Source: Lama guanicoe (Eukaryota). Taken from it: 64,000 bases of DNA. Numbering within the stretch: position 1 is the stretch's first letter; every line of letters begins with the position of its first letter. The stretch lies in NCBI GenBank assembly GCA_013239625.1, contig MU053352.1, positions 169,485-233,484 of the forward strand, given 5' to 3'. Of this stretch, positions 25,525 to 37,300 are shown one piece after another. Below the pieces are notes generated by a model. That model was not told the origin of the DNA and ran no database searches. It saw only the letters and a program-made list of their open reading frames with translations. A program made the position numbers and the translations under genes.

Positions 25525-25848
25525 GGGCTAAGAGTGGCAGGATGGTTCTCACAACATTCAGCAATTTGAACTTGATGAGACAGAGAGGACACGGAGGGGC
25601 CAGGGAAAGTGATGGCTCAGAGCTAAGGCGGGGCAGGGTTTCATCACCTCTCTAAAGCTCAGTTTCCTTATCTGTAGAATTAGGGGCAAGAAGGGCACCT
25701 GCTTCACAGGATGTTTTGAGGGTTAACTGATACACTGCAGGGAATGGCACAGTGCCAGACACGTGATAAGTGCTGAGTAATAGTCACATTAATAAATGTA
25801 CAGCAGCATCCCACAGGCCTCCAAGACCATGCCTAGCTGGGATCTGAG

Positions 25849-26254
25849 TGTGATGGTCTGTTGAGTGTGTCAATTTGGCTAGGTTACAGTCCCCAGTTAT
25901 GCAATCAAATACTAATCTAGATTTTGTGCTGAAGATATTTTGCACATGCAACTAAATCACACTTGTAGATGCAGTTAAGTCAACTGACTTTAAGGGAGAT
26001 TATCCTAGATAATCTGGATGGGTCTGATTCAATCAGTTGAGAGACCTTAAGATCAGAGCTGAGGCTTCCCTGAGAAAGAAGAAATTCTGCCTGTGGACGG
26101 CAATTTTCACCCTTGGCAAGAGTTCCAGCCTGCATCGTGTGATTTCAAACCTGCCTAGCCAGCCCTGCACTTGCATAAGTCAACTCTTTGCAACAAATCT
26201 CTTAATGTGCATCTCCTACTGGTACCATTTTCTGGCTGGACCCTGATTAATACA
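25849..26254. mobile_element. MLT2-type ERVL solo LTR
   Basis: TG...CA ends; tgtgtcaatttggctagg; gattcaatcagttga; ccctgattaataca. Confidence 0.8.
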
Positions 26255-26264
26255 CAGAAGAAGA

Positions 26265-26266
<2 letters not shown>

Positions 26267-26320
<54 letters not shown>
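26267..26320 (+). repeat. (GT)27 microsatellite
   Basis: Perfect dinucleotide run. Confidence 0.99.
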
Positions 26321-26322
<2 letters not shown>

Positions 26323-28739
26323 GGATCACAGGGCCAAATCTTCATGTTTATTCTATCCTTTTTAAGCTCAGGGTAGCCTGTGTCTTTCGGAGTCCTGTAG
26401 TTGGAGGCTAAAGCAAAACCGTGGCTGTTTAATGGCAGGGCTGGGGATCAGGTTGGGGGATGGATGGAGAGGAGAGCCCAAGTGCGGAGCAGGCCTCTCA
26501 CTCCCTTCCTCCACCCCCACCACCAGGCTTTGGCCTCTTGGATGCGACCTGCTTGTTTCCAGGCTATTTCTGGGATCCCCTTTTCCCAAAGGAGGCCAGC
26601 TTGTCCCCCTCCTGCGGCAGCAGGCGTAGGTTTGGGAAGGAGGATACAAACCATGCTGTCTCTGGGAGCCGGATGGTGAGGAGGAGGCGTCTCCCTCAGC
26701 CACGAGCTGGTCCTCAGGTCCCCACCCCTGCCTCTCCTGCCTCTATCCACAGGCACTGTCACATGCACACCACCCTCCTGCCCTCCTGCCCTCATCCCAA
26801 CAGCCACTGAAACCCAGCAATCCAGTCTCTACTGGAGCCCCAAGACGAGCACTTTCCTCATTTAGCACAAATCAGTGGGGCAGGAATTCCTACCATCATT
26901 ATCCCCATTTTCCAGAGAGGAAGGCATCCTTGGCCTCCCATTCATTCCCCATCGTGGGGAGACCAGCCCCAGGCAGGACCCCAAAGGTCAGCTGAGAAGA
27001 CGTGTGGTCGAGAGGGGGGCTCCAGGGGTGAAACTCTGTGGAGCTGAGGGTCTCATCCCTTCTCAGCCCCTCAGTGCAGATGGAGGTGGCAAAGATGAAG
27101 GTGGTGGCCAGCCTGAAGATGCTTAGCTTCCCTTCCTTCCTTCCTTTCACCAGGAAACTGAGGAGTCTGTGAAACCTGGTCTGGGGGGAGGGGATGGTCT
27201 CCAAAGTCAACAGGCCTGAGTCTGAGGCCTGGTTCAGCCATCAGCAAACAGGGAGGCCCTCAGCAAGTTCTGGAACCTGCCTGAGCCTCGGTTTCCCCAT
27301 CTGTGAGACAGGCCAGCGAGGAGCTCCCGCCCTGGGCGCCTGTGGGGACCGTGAAGCAGCAGGCACGCGGTGGCACTCAGGCCTCAGGCCTGCAGCCTGT
27401 TCTTCCCATTTTTATTAGGGACTGGTAAAAGTGAAGACCTCATGTCATAAACCGAGACATTGTCCTTATTACTGCTCAACAGACCCGGTCTCCCACCCCC
27501 TAAGACGAAACAAAACCTGCTCCTCCCAGGACGCCTCATTAAGGAGGCTGTCCTCCTAAAGGCCAGCCCTGTCCCTGCCCTGTGAGCCTCCTTAAAGCAC
27601 CCTGGGCTCGTCTCCTGCCTGCCTTAATCCCGTCTCCTGCAGAGCAGTCACTCTCCACCCCAAGGCCCCTATGCCACCCAAATGTCATCCCTTCCTGACA
27701 TTCACCCCATATCTAGCCCTTCAGCAAAGCCTTCCAGATATATCCACCTCAAACCTCCATCTCACTGTCACCACCCAGCTCCCCACCCCTCAGTCTCCCT
27801 GCTGGGCAAAGCTCCCCCCTACCCTGCTCCCCACAACAGCCAGGTTGAGACGATTAAGATGCAAAGAGGACCGTGTCTCCACTGTTCTCAACACCTCCAT
27901 GGGGCTGCCAGTGCTCTGGCCCCACAGGCCCTGTGAGGCCTGGTCCCTGCCACCACTCCACCCTCGTTTCCCACCCGGCTCCCTCCTTCTCTGCAGTCGG
28001 CGGCGACCAGCCTCCTTTTGGTTCCTGGCACTCTGCACACTCCCTCTGCACATGCTGTTCCCTCAGCCAAACCAGACTTCTCCCTCCTCCATCCGTCCCC
28101 CCTCCACTGACTCCCCCTCCTGCCCAGGCTGCTTCGAGGACTTTTGTTCAACACGCCCCTGGTGCTCCATGCCTTCTCTTCCTAGCACCACGCTCAGTCT
28201 GCACTATAGCATCAGGGGACTGCATGGTTACCTCAGCCCCAACACACACACACACATACGCACACACAGTCAGCTCCGTTAGGCCAGAACCTGAGCTGGT
28301 TTTGCTCATTGTGGGATCCCCAGTGCCCAGACACGAAAGAGCTGAATCCATGCTTATTGGATGAGCCATAGGTGAGGGAGTGAGGCCAGGTACCTGCCTA
28401 AGGGCAGGGGTCACATGCCCTGGTTTGCTTGGAAGACCCAGTTTTCACCTGTTATCTGGTGTAATAATAATGGTGCCCTCATTCACTCTCAAGTGTCCCA
28501 ATTTGGTGACACATTAAATGGTCAGCCTAGTTATTGGAAAGGGGAAGGAGTTCACCCCAGAGCTTTGGCTTTCCCAGCCCTCACACTGGTTTACCACTTT
28601 TCCCCTACAAGCCCAAAGCTTTTTCTTCTTGCTCTAGAAATCTTTTTCTTCTAATACTAACCCTATATTGCCCATCAGCTCCCAGAAATACGTAGGAATT
28701 CTATTTGCCCTTCTTACTGCAGAACTGTCCTCTCGGAGG

Positions 28740-28828
28740 GTTGCCACAGTGATTGAATGATGTCATTGCCCTGGAAACGGTTGCCTAGGAGATGAGTGAT
28801 GTCATTTCCAGATGATTGCCATGGTAAC
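28740..28828. promoter_or_regulatory. Cluster of RFX X-box motifs and TGATGTCA (CRE/ATF-like) sites
   Basis: ATTGCCCTGGAAAC 28765-28778, GTTGCCTAGGAGAT 28780-28793, ATTGCCATGGTAAC 28815-28828, weaker GTTGCCACAGTGAT 28740-28753. TGATGTCA at 28758 and 28797. Confidence 0.65.
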
Positions 28829-31800
28829 CCTCTTGGTGGAATTAGGGGGTGGCCAGGAAAGTGAAGGAGGGGTGGAGGGCGGATGCAGAAGGGACCACTG
28901 TGAACAGCGGAAGGAAAAGGGAGGGGGGTCGAGCAGGAAAAAGGCCAGGAAGAGGATGAGGACCATCCCAGAGCAGTAGAAAATAACACAGAATCACAGA
29001 ATCTCCCAAATGGAAAGGTGCCCAGAGACTGCCCCAAACATCTGCCTCATTTTTAGAGGCTGCTGAGAGGTCAGGACTTGCTCAAGGTCACATCGCCAGT
29101 TTATAGGTGATGTTGGAACCAAGCCCGAGGCCTCATGACCTCCGATTTCTCGTATGGCCCATTGGTGGATTTGGCTGTGGAAATGAAGAATTCCTTTTGG
29201 TCACTTCTTTTTTCAAAATTCTGACCTCACAGCAGTCATTTACTCATGAATTCAACTAATTCTTATTGTGAGCTGTGAGCCAGGCCCTGTGAAGAACCTG
29301 AGTGACATTTTCATAGTTACTGTATGATTTTAATTTTTACTGTATTCCCCACTAGAGTGTTAGCCCCACAAGACCAGGAAATTCACCAAGGTGTCCGTTC
29401 CCACCCAGCACCCTGCCCGATACCTACCACGTAATAGGAGCTCAATGTGTTTGTTGACTGAAGATGGGTGATAAATGCCATCGTGTAGTGCAGACCCAGA
29501 GCCCAGGGAGGGGCTCACCATAGCTGGCAAGGAGGTGGGGTTTCCTAGATAGGAGAGGATTTGAATAGACCCAGAGCAGAAAGCCATTCCGGAAGGGAGG
29601 GTGATGACTTGAGCCAAAGTGAGAGAGAGGCTGAATGAGTTGGGTCCAGCTAGGGAGAGATTTCAACTGGCAATGCTTTGGTCCACCTCTTAAGTCATCC
29701 TGAAGCTGTCGTCCCTACAGATACCCCTCTTTCTGGTAGAAGGAGCTCCGAGGATTAAGAGGGAAAAGCATCGCGGTCCACATCGCTGGATGCACCTCAG
29801 GTTGGGGTGGGGCAAAATTTAAAAGGCTGATCCGGCTGAAGAGGCAGACGTCAAGGAGGAGATAACAGAGAAATGGGCTGGAGGAAAGGAAGAGATCCGT
29901 CCCACACTAAGGGAGACCTGGATGGTCAGGCTTCCAAGCCGCCACCTGAAGGTGACACATTCACGACAAGGACAAGGACCGTGGAGCCCCACACAGAGGC
30001 TCTGCCACTTCCCAGCAGCGTGACCACGTAAAAGTCACTTTTCCTCCTGGAGCCTTTTGGTTGAAGCTACAACCTACTTCACAAGAATGTTAGCTTCAAA
30101 TTAAAATGGATGTAAAGTCCCCTTCACAGGTGACTGCTGAGTCACCCGCAGAAAGCAGTTGGCTAACATCATTTTCCCTCCCTTTCCTGGCACCCGAGGG
30201 CTGTACTTTGGGAAAATGAACTTGACAGTGGATTCCTTCGTCTTTAGTTCACCCAAACTTTTGGAGCCCTTGCTTTGCTTGGTGCCATGGGGGTCCACAG
30301 CGGTGGAGGAGACAGGTGCCCGGAAACTTGGAATAATCGTGTAAGGACAGACCCACAGCCACCAGGCAGGAGGCTTCAGCCAGATCAGAAATTTCTTAAG
30401 TGACACCACTCCACTAGACCCTGAGGGAAGGATCTGATTTGGGTAGGATGTCAGAGAGACTGGAGAAGAAAGCACAGAGACCAGAGAGGTGGAGGGACCA
30501 AAAGTTCTAAAACTTTTCTAGAACTCCTTTTCTCCAGGTGGGGATCGAAAAACCCACAGCATAGGCTTGCCCCGGGTTTTATCTCAGTGTTACCTCTTAC
30601 TGGTTATGTATCTTCTTACCACCTGATACCTCGTTTCCTAATCTGTTCAAAAGATCATCCCTACCTTCCAGGGTCACTGTAAAGATTCAGAGGCCATGCG
30701 CTGAAAGTGCCCAGAACACAGAAAGTGTTTGAAATGGTCGTTTTCATCAGCCTCCTAACGGCTGGGTTTTGTAATGGAAGATGATCTGTGAAGTCCCACC
30801 CAGTTGTGAATCAGCGTTTGTGCCTGCCAAATAGTTGGAGGGTCTCCTGAGAACTGAGGACCCGCCTTGGCCCTTGAATGGCAGGCCCGACAGTAGAATA
30901 CACCCTACTCTAGAGAACCAACAGGCACCCTGGGCTCTCCAATCCCAAGTGATTTAAGATGGCTGTATTTACCCAACAATAGCTCCATTATCAAGAATCC
31001 TCTTTCCTCCAGCTCAAACAAATGGACCTTTGAGCAGGGTTTGAGGAATTACTGAGAATCTGAGCAACAGCACCAATATACTGAAAAATCCCTTTCCAAG
31101 TGTAACTCTGTGTTCAACTCTTAAGTGAAAGCATTGAGAGCAGGGAAGTGTCCTCAGAACAGCTTGTGTCACATGTATATTTTTTGTCTCACCCCCAACA
31201 CTGTGGCACAGTGAAAAGAACCAGGAACAAGGATTTAGGGGCTCTGAATCCTAGTCCAAGATCTGACGCTAACTTGACTCTGGAAAAGCCGTTTCATTTC
31301 TCTGGTCTTGTTTCCCTTGCAGTAACACTGTACTGACCCCATCTCATCTCATAGATGTATCCTGACAAGCTTAAAAACATCACAGTTTGCGGAACTGGAG
31401 GGAAACCTTTGGGATCACACAGCAGAGACTTCTAGCTTCATGCCACGTGTAATTTGTCACTCCTGGGGCTAACTGGGATTGTGTGTCCATACTTTCCCCG
31501 ACCTGTTCCCAGCCCCAAGAGGATGCCTTACACACAGTACTTTGAGTTGAATAAGAGCTTATATTTCATATCCTATTCTTAAAAAACGAGGGACCTGAGC
31601 CTCAAAGGCTGTCAGCTGCCTGGAGCCCAGCTGAGGGCAGTCAGGATTCTGAATGAGATGTCCTGGGCAGAGGCTGTCCTCTGTGGCACCAGCTGATTCC
31701 AGAGGCCCACCACCTCAGCTTCCTCATCTGTGAGGTGGGGACAAAACCTTTCATCAGACAGCTGTGAAATGAAAATGTGAGCGCTTTTCCTAAATGTAAG

Positions 31801-32860
31801 AAGGTTTAACAGCTACATGTTTCTCAAAGCCAAGCATCTTAGCCATATGAAGCTGTAGCTTTAAAATACCTGACCTACTAATTGAAGCAAAACTCCATAA
31901 CCATTTTTGCTAGCAATTAGGGCAACTTCAAACAGGCTTCCTGAGGACTATTTATTAGCATGTGGGTCATACCTCTACATCGGGATGCGAAAATAGGTGA
32001 AACGTCTGTGCTTACAGGTTCTGAGCTCCAGCACAATGTAGGTTCAAGGACAGATGGGTCGTGGCCATTCCCACCAGTCTAGTGTCACGCTTCAGTCAAG
32101 AATAAGGTGTTTAGGACTTTTGTGTAACTGAGCCTATCCCCTCAACAAGCACATTGGGTCCCAGACACCACATCGGAGGTGACGGAAATGGTGAGGGGCT
32201 GGAGCCCACACCCCCCAGGGGAGGAAGAATTCAGTTGGCAATGCTGGGCCTCACGAGCAGCCTGGGGTGCAGGCAGACGGGAAGGGTACACAAGGGGTCA
32301 GGTCTTTCTTAAATTCAGAGGGAGGTCTGCTATCCTATTTGCAAGAATACACAAAGCTTTCTTAATAGTGATCACTGAGGATTATTTCAGGGATCCAAGT
32401 TGCTCCCCCTACTAAACACTATCCCATCTAATGCAGAAAGAGTATTAAGAAAATCTGAGGACTTGCACCTACTTTGAGTGTTAAACAGCAACCAACGTCC
32501 CAGTAGGGTGGGTGGAGCAACACCTCCCCAAGTCAGGCACAGACCCACCTTCCAGAGAGGAGGGGCTGCACGCAGAACACAGCACTTGGGTCTGCTCGGC
32601 TCCCGTACAAGCACCAGCACCAGTGAGAGGGGACCAGAGGCTATGTTGGCTGGGTTCACAGGAAACTACTGAAAATTAGTGAGTCTTACGTGTATCTTGC
32701 AAAACGTGTGATGGAATTAGGGCATGAACATTCACTATTCTAGAAATGGTTCAGGGTCTGAGAGATCAAACCAGGGTTCAACATGGTGAGCGGTGACATC
32801 GCTCCTTGAGAGAAGGGAAATGAAGACCATACACATGAAAATAATATCCCCAAAGCAGCA

Positions 32861-32866
32861 TTTATT
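32861..32866 (-). terminator. YWHAH: Distal polyadenylation signal AATAAA of YWHAH
   Basis: tttatt on the + strand ~780 nt after the stop, followed on the minus strand by a U/GU-rich stretch (TATTATTTTCATGTGTATGGT). Confidence 0.8.
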
Positions 32867-33146
32867 TACCCACTGAATTCCAAAACATTTAATTTAGAAG
32901 TCTGGCATTTCATAATCACCCATCTTGATTGACATGGGCTAACGCACGTGGCGCTGTCAGGATACACAAGGACAACAGCCAAAGAGTTACAAAAAATAAA
33001 TCCATGATTCTTAAACAATAGCAACCAAAACAAAAAAAAAGTTACAGGTATCAAAACTTTAGATGCATTGCATTGAAAAGAAGGTTTGTGCACATCATAA
33101 TTTAAGGAGGCAAAACAAGGCGCTACCGAAACCTCACGTTAAACAG

Positions 33147-33152
33147 TTTATT
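33147..33152 (-). terminator. YWHAH: Proximal polyadenylation signal AATAAA of YWHAH
   Basis: tttatt on the + strand ~500 nt after the stop, with a downstream GU-rich tract (CTTGTTTTG). Confidence 0.5.
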
Positions 33153-33648
33153 ATTAAGCCGATGGACAGGAGCAAGTGGTCTCTTTGTCTCAGCTTCCCT
33201 TGCTTTCCATGAGCTGAGGGAAGAGGTGGGAAGGGTGGATTCATTTTCGCATGCACAAGATGAACTGCTTAACAAAACACTATCAGCTTGTTTAAATGGA
33301 CCTTTTAAATACCGACTGTAGCCTGTGTTGGCTAATTCTCCTTTTTAACTTCCCCACTGCTTTCGCCTGCATTTCACCTAGACCAGCAGGCAGAGTAGAA
33401 TGCCTCCTTCAGAATGCACCTGTCTGCACGATTCAAAAAGGGATGGTGGAGAGGAGGGGGGGGGTGTTGGGTTCAAAGCAACCGTCAGTCCAGCAATGCC
33501 CATGAGTTGATCTGGAACTGCTTCCGGGGGCGGAGAGCAGATCTGAGTAGCTGTGCTGCCGCACGGGTGGGTTTAGCACTAGGTATCTGGTGACTGTGGC
33601 GCGGAGGGACCGGTGTGACGGGGTGGGGGCGGGGCTGGCCGAGGCTGC

Positions 33649-34302
33649 TCAGTTGCCTTCTCCGGCCTCCTCGTCCTGCTGGTCGCTGGTCCAGAGGGTG
33701 AGGTTGTCTCGCAGCAGCTGCATGATGAGCGTGGAGTCCTTATAGGAATCCTCGTTTAGTGTGTCCAGCTCGGCTATGGCATCGTCGAAGGCTTGTTTGG
33801 CCAAGAGGCAGGCCTGCTCAGGCGCGTTCTGGATCTCGTAGTAGAACACGGAGAAGTTGAGGGCCAGGCCCAGCCGGATGGGGTGCGTTGGCTGCATGTG
33901 CTCTTTGCTGATCTCGAAGGCTTCCTTGTAGGCAGCCTCCGAAGCTTCCACCACACTGTTCTTCTTCTCGCCGGAAGCCACCTCGGCCAGGTAGCGGTAG
34001 TAGTCGCCCTTCATCTTCAGGTAGAAGACCTTGCTCTCGTACTGGAAGTCGTTGCAGTTCTTGATGAGGAACTTGTCCAGCAGTGCCAGCACGTCGTTGC
34101 ACACCGACTCCAGCTCCTTCTCGATCTTCTCTCGGTAAGCCTTAACCTTCTCCAGCTTCTTCTCGTTTCCATCAGCCATGGTCTTCTGCTCAATGCTGCT
34201 GATGACCCGCCAGGATGACCGCCGGGCCCCGACCACGTTCTTGTAGGCCACGGACAGGAGGTTGCGGTCTTCGTTGGAGAGAGGCTCGTTGAGCTCGGTC
34301 AC
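33649..34302 (-). CDS. YWHAH: 14-3-3 protein eta, coding exon 2 (217 aa + stop; total protein 246 aa)
   Basis: Acceptor tgttgcag|GTG at 34303/34302. Reads [32 protein letters not shown]...[19 protein letters not shown], in frame with exon 1. Contains the 14-3-3 signature motifs and the eta-type C-terminus. Confidence 0.99.
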   Translation of the reverse strand: MTELNEPLSNEDRNLLSVAYKNVVGARRSSWRVISSIEQKTMADGNEKKLEKVKAYREKIEKELESVCNDVLALLDKFLIKNCNDFQYESKVFYLKMKGDYYRYLAEVASGEKKNSVVEASEAAYKEAFEISKEHMQPTHPIRLGLALNFSVFYYEIQNAPEQACLLAKQAFDDAIAELDTLNEDSYKDSTLIMQLLRDNLTLWTSDQQDEEAGEGN

Positions 34303-37300
34303 CTGCAACAGCCCCAAAAGACGGACACTGAGACCTGAGTCTGGAGACCTTGGAGGGAAATCTTCCCTTCAACCCAGTCAATCACCCTCTTCACAAACAA
34401 GATGATGGACAAGTCACTTGAGAAAAACCAGTCTGACATGGACCCTATCTGAAGGGAGACGGCAGTCTAAAAGAAGAGAGAAATAATCGAAACAAACTAT
34501 TAAGTGATGAGGACTCTGAGAAATCCTTAATTCAGGCCTTCTAAGATGTGAGGCGGTGGAGCACAATGGCAGGGGAAAAGCCCTGAGGTTCGGCTATTCT
34601 GCATGAGATATTCTCACAGTAAAATCCTACAATTCCTTTGCCAAATGCTCAAAGATAATTACAGACTGGGAGGTCTGTTCCAGATTCTACTTTCAGCTTT
34701 TACATTAGAAAGGATCAATCACACCTCCCTGAAATACTTATTAACGGGTAAAGAGCTTCCCGGGTGAGATCAAGGCCCACACAGCTCCAGGGGCCAGGTT
34801 CTGCCCTGTCTGGTTATACATGGAACACCACTGGGACACCCAGCCTTCCCCCAACCCAAAACGGATGCGTCAGTGGCAGTAAAGTGTCTCCAGCCTCTGC
34901 TAAAAGGAAGCACAGCTACTCAGCAGCAAGCTTTATTCTGACCTACCTAACAGGAAACCCTGACTGACCTTCAAGGATGAAGTACCAATTACTTTAAGTG
35001 GAAATGTTAAATCTCACAAGTTGTAACTTCCTTTAGTTAGTTCTCCATGGTGCCAACTCCAAGTGAGTGAGCTATGTAGTCAGAAGGAATACTGGACTTT
35101 GCTGTGTTGAATGTGCCCCCCAGTTATGTTGAAGTCCTAACCCCTGGTGCCTGTGAATGTGACCTTATTTGGAAATAGGGTGTTTGCAGATGTGATGAAG
35201 TCACACTGAATTAGGGCTGATCCTAAATTCAATGACTGGTGTCCTTATAAGGAAAGGGAGATTTGGAGATGAAGGTCATGGTCACATGATGATGCAGAGA
35301 CTGAAGTTGTATGTCTACAAAAGCCAAGGAACTCCAAGAGTTACCAGGAGCCACCGATGCTAGAAAAGGCAAGGAAGGATTTTCTCCCCAGAGCCTTCAG
35401 AAGAAGTACAGCCCTTAATCTCTAACTCTGGCCTTCCAAACTGCAATAAAATACATTTCTCTTCTTCTAAGCCATCCAGTTTGTGGTGGCTTTGATTGGC
35501 AGCCCCTAGGACACTAATGCAGGCTTAGAACCAGAAAACTTTGGTCTGGGCCCCAGCAAAGCCACTAACTTGTTAAACTGGCCTGTATCTTCTGTAAAGT
35601 AGGGGAATTCTTTAACTATATGACCTACAGGGAAAGGTTTTAATTTTTAAAAAAAAGAAAAAGAAGAAAACTTAGGAAACCATAAAACTCAACAAAGAAG
35701 TATTATTTATATCAAATTATAAGGACAGAACCTACTCCAATGGAAGGGAAAAGCCAGGTTTGATAAATTATAAACAGTATATTAAAATAGACATGCATAC
35801 CATGGACTAAGATGAATGAGCAGTGGAGAATCAAGAGATTTTAATCAAATGCAATCATTATTACGCATAAAACTAGAAAACCTGTGCTAAGTTCTTAAAA
35901 AGCGAAACAAGCAATTGTCTACCACCTCTCCCCTCCTCCACAAACCCCAGACAAAATAAAAACACCAGCTCTCTCTTCTGATGTCCCCATTTCCCTGTCC
36001 CCAGTACCCCATTCTTCTGCTGCAAATCCTTAGCCTGGGATGGTCTCTCCCTGTCTGCCTGGTCAATCAGCCCTAGCCCACCGCTTCTTCAGTGCGTCTT
36101 CAGCTCCAAGCGGCCCCAACCACCCGCTGCAAGGGCTGCCTGCAGGCCGGGTTCCTCACTCCTCCCCACACAGGCGGGAGTGGTTTCCATATAACTCCCT
36201 GTGATCCACCCTAGTCCGGGCAATCTCTCCTCTCTCCTTAACCCCAATCCACGCTCCCTTCGAGACCTGTAACCCCACTAATTTTCTCCTCCAGTGAGTG
36301 CCTTTAACACTCACACATACATTAGTTTACCTAGAAATTATAAAAAGACGCTGTAGCTATTTTTCTGATAATTTGGCTTTTAAGGAAGCAACTCTTATAA
36401 AATCAAAATTCCATCTCAAATATTATGACAGATCTCAGAATGCCAGAATACTTTAGAATGACATTTTACTAAGGCAATATTCAATAAAACAAAACATGAG
36501 GCAAGAAAAGGATTTGGAGAGCTCCTCAGATCTCCAAGTAAGTAAATCCAACCAAGGCCACTTGATATTAAAATGCAATGATATCCATAAGGAGCCACTA
36601 TACACTTCATCTTGCAGCTAATAAAGCTGCCTTTGTTGGACCACAGCAACGATACATCAGGGAATGTCCCCAGAGTACATCACTAAAACTAAGTGCATGT
36701 CTGAAACATTTATGTATCACACATAGTGTCTGTACAAGGGACAGCATCATCACTTGAAAAACTCCTGAGATATCTGGAGTTTAGCCCGAGCTAGCCATGT
36801 GACCTTGAAGATAGTAACTTTTCTGGGCATCAAAAATAAAATAAGGGGGACCAACCCAAACAATCTCCAAGGACTTCCTCAGCACTAAAATTCTAGGATT
36901 CCATTTTTCCTGAGCAACAACAAAAGGTGTGGGAAGGCATGAGGTCAACAACAATGACATGGATGAAATGTGGGTGTATCCGCGGGTTTCAGGGATTCAT
37001 GCATCCCTTCTCCATCAGGAACAAACTGCCCAAAAAGGCTACCGGGCGATACTTAAAATGACATCTTCACAAGAAAAATCGTTTACGAGGAGTATTAGTG
37101 TTTACGTAACAATCCTCTGGTTGCCTGCCAGTCTGAATGAATCACGGTCAGCATCAGCTGAGCGTGACTAACCACTAAGCAAGCATTGTTGTCAGAACCC
37201 CAGCCAGGGCCTAACTAGGAAATAACTAGATACGTTTAAATATGGTATTTTTTTAACACTCCTGGGTTACAACTCGGTTAACAAAGGGAAACCTATGGGA

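Larger units (their letters stand above)
32840..33648 (-). other. YWHAH: YWHAH 3' UTR (end approximate)
   Basis: Follows the stop codon, has no obvious repeats, and ends just after AATAAA at 32866-32861. Confidence 0.8.

Noticed and set aside
33793..34218. 141-aa + strand ORF
   Set aside because: Antisense shadow of the high-GC3 YWHAH exon 2.
34303..34317. MGLLQ N-terminal extension in the ORF track
   Set aside because: Intronic acceptor sequence with a TTG start; the exon begins at 34302.
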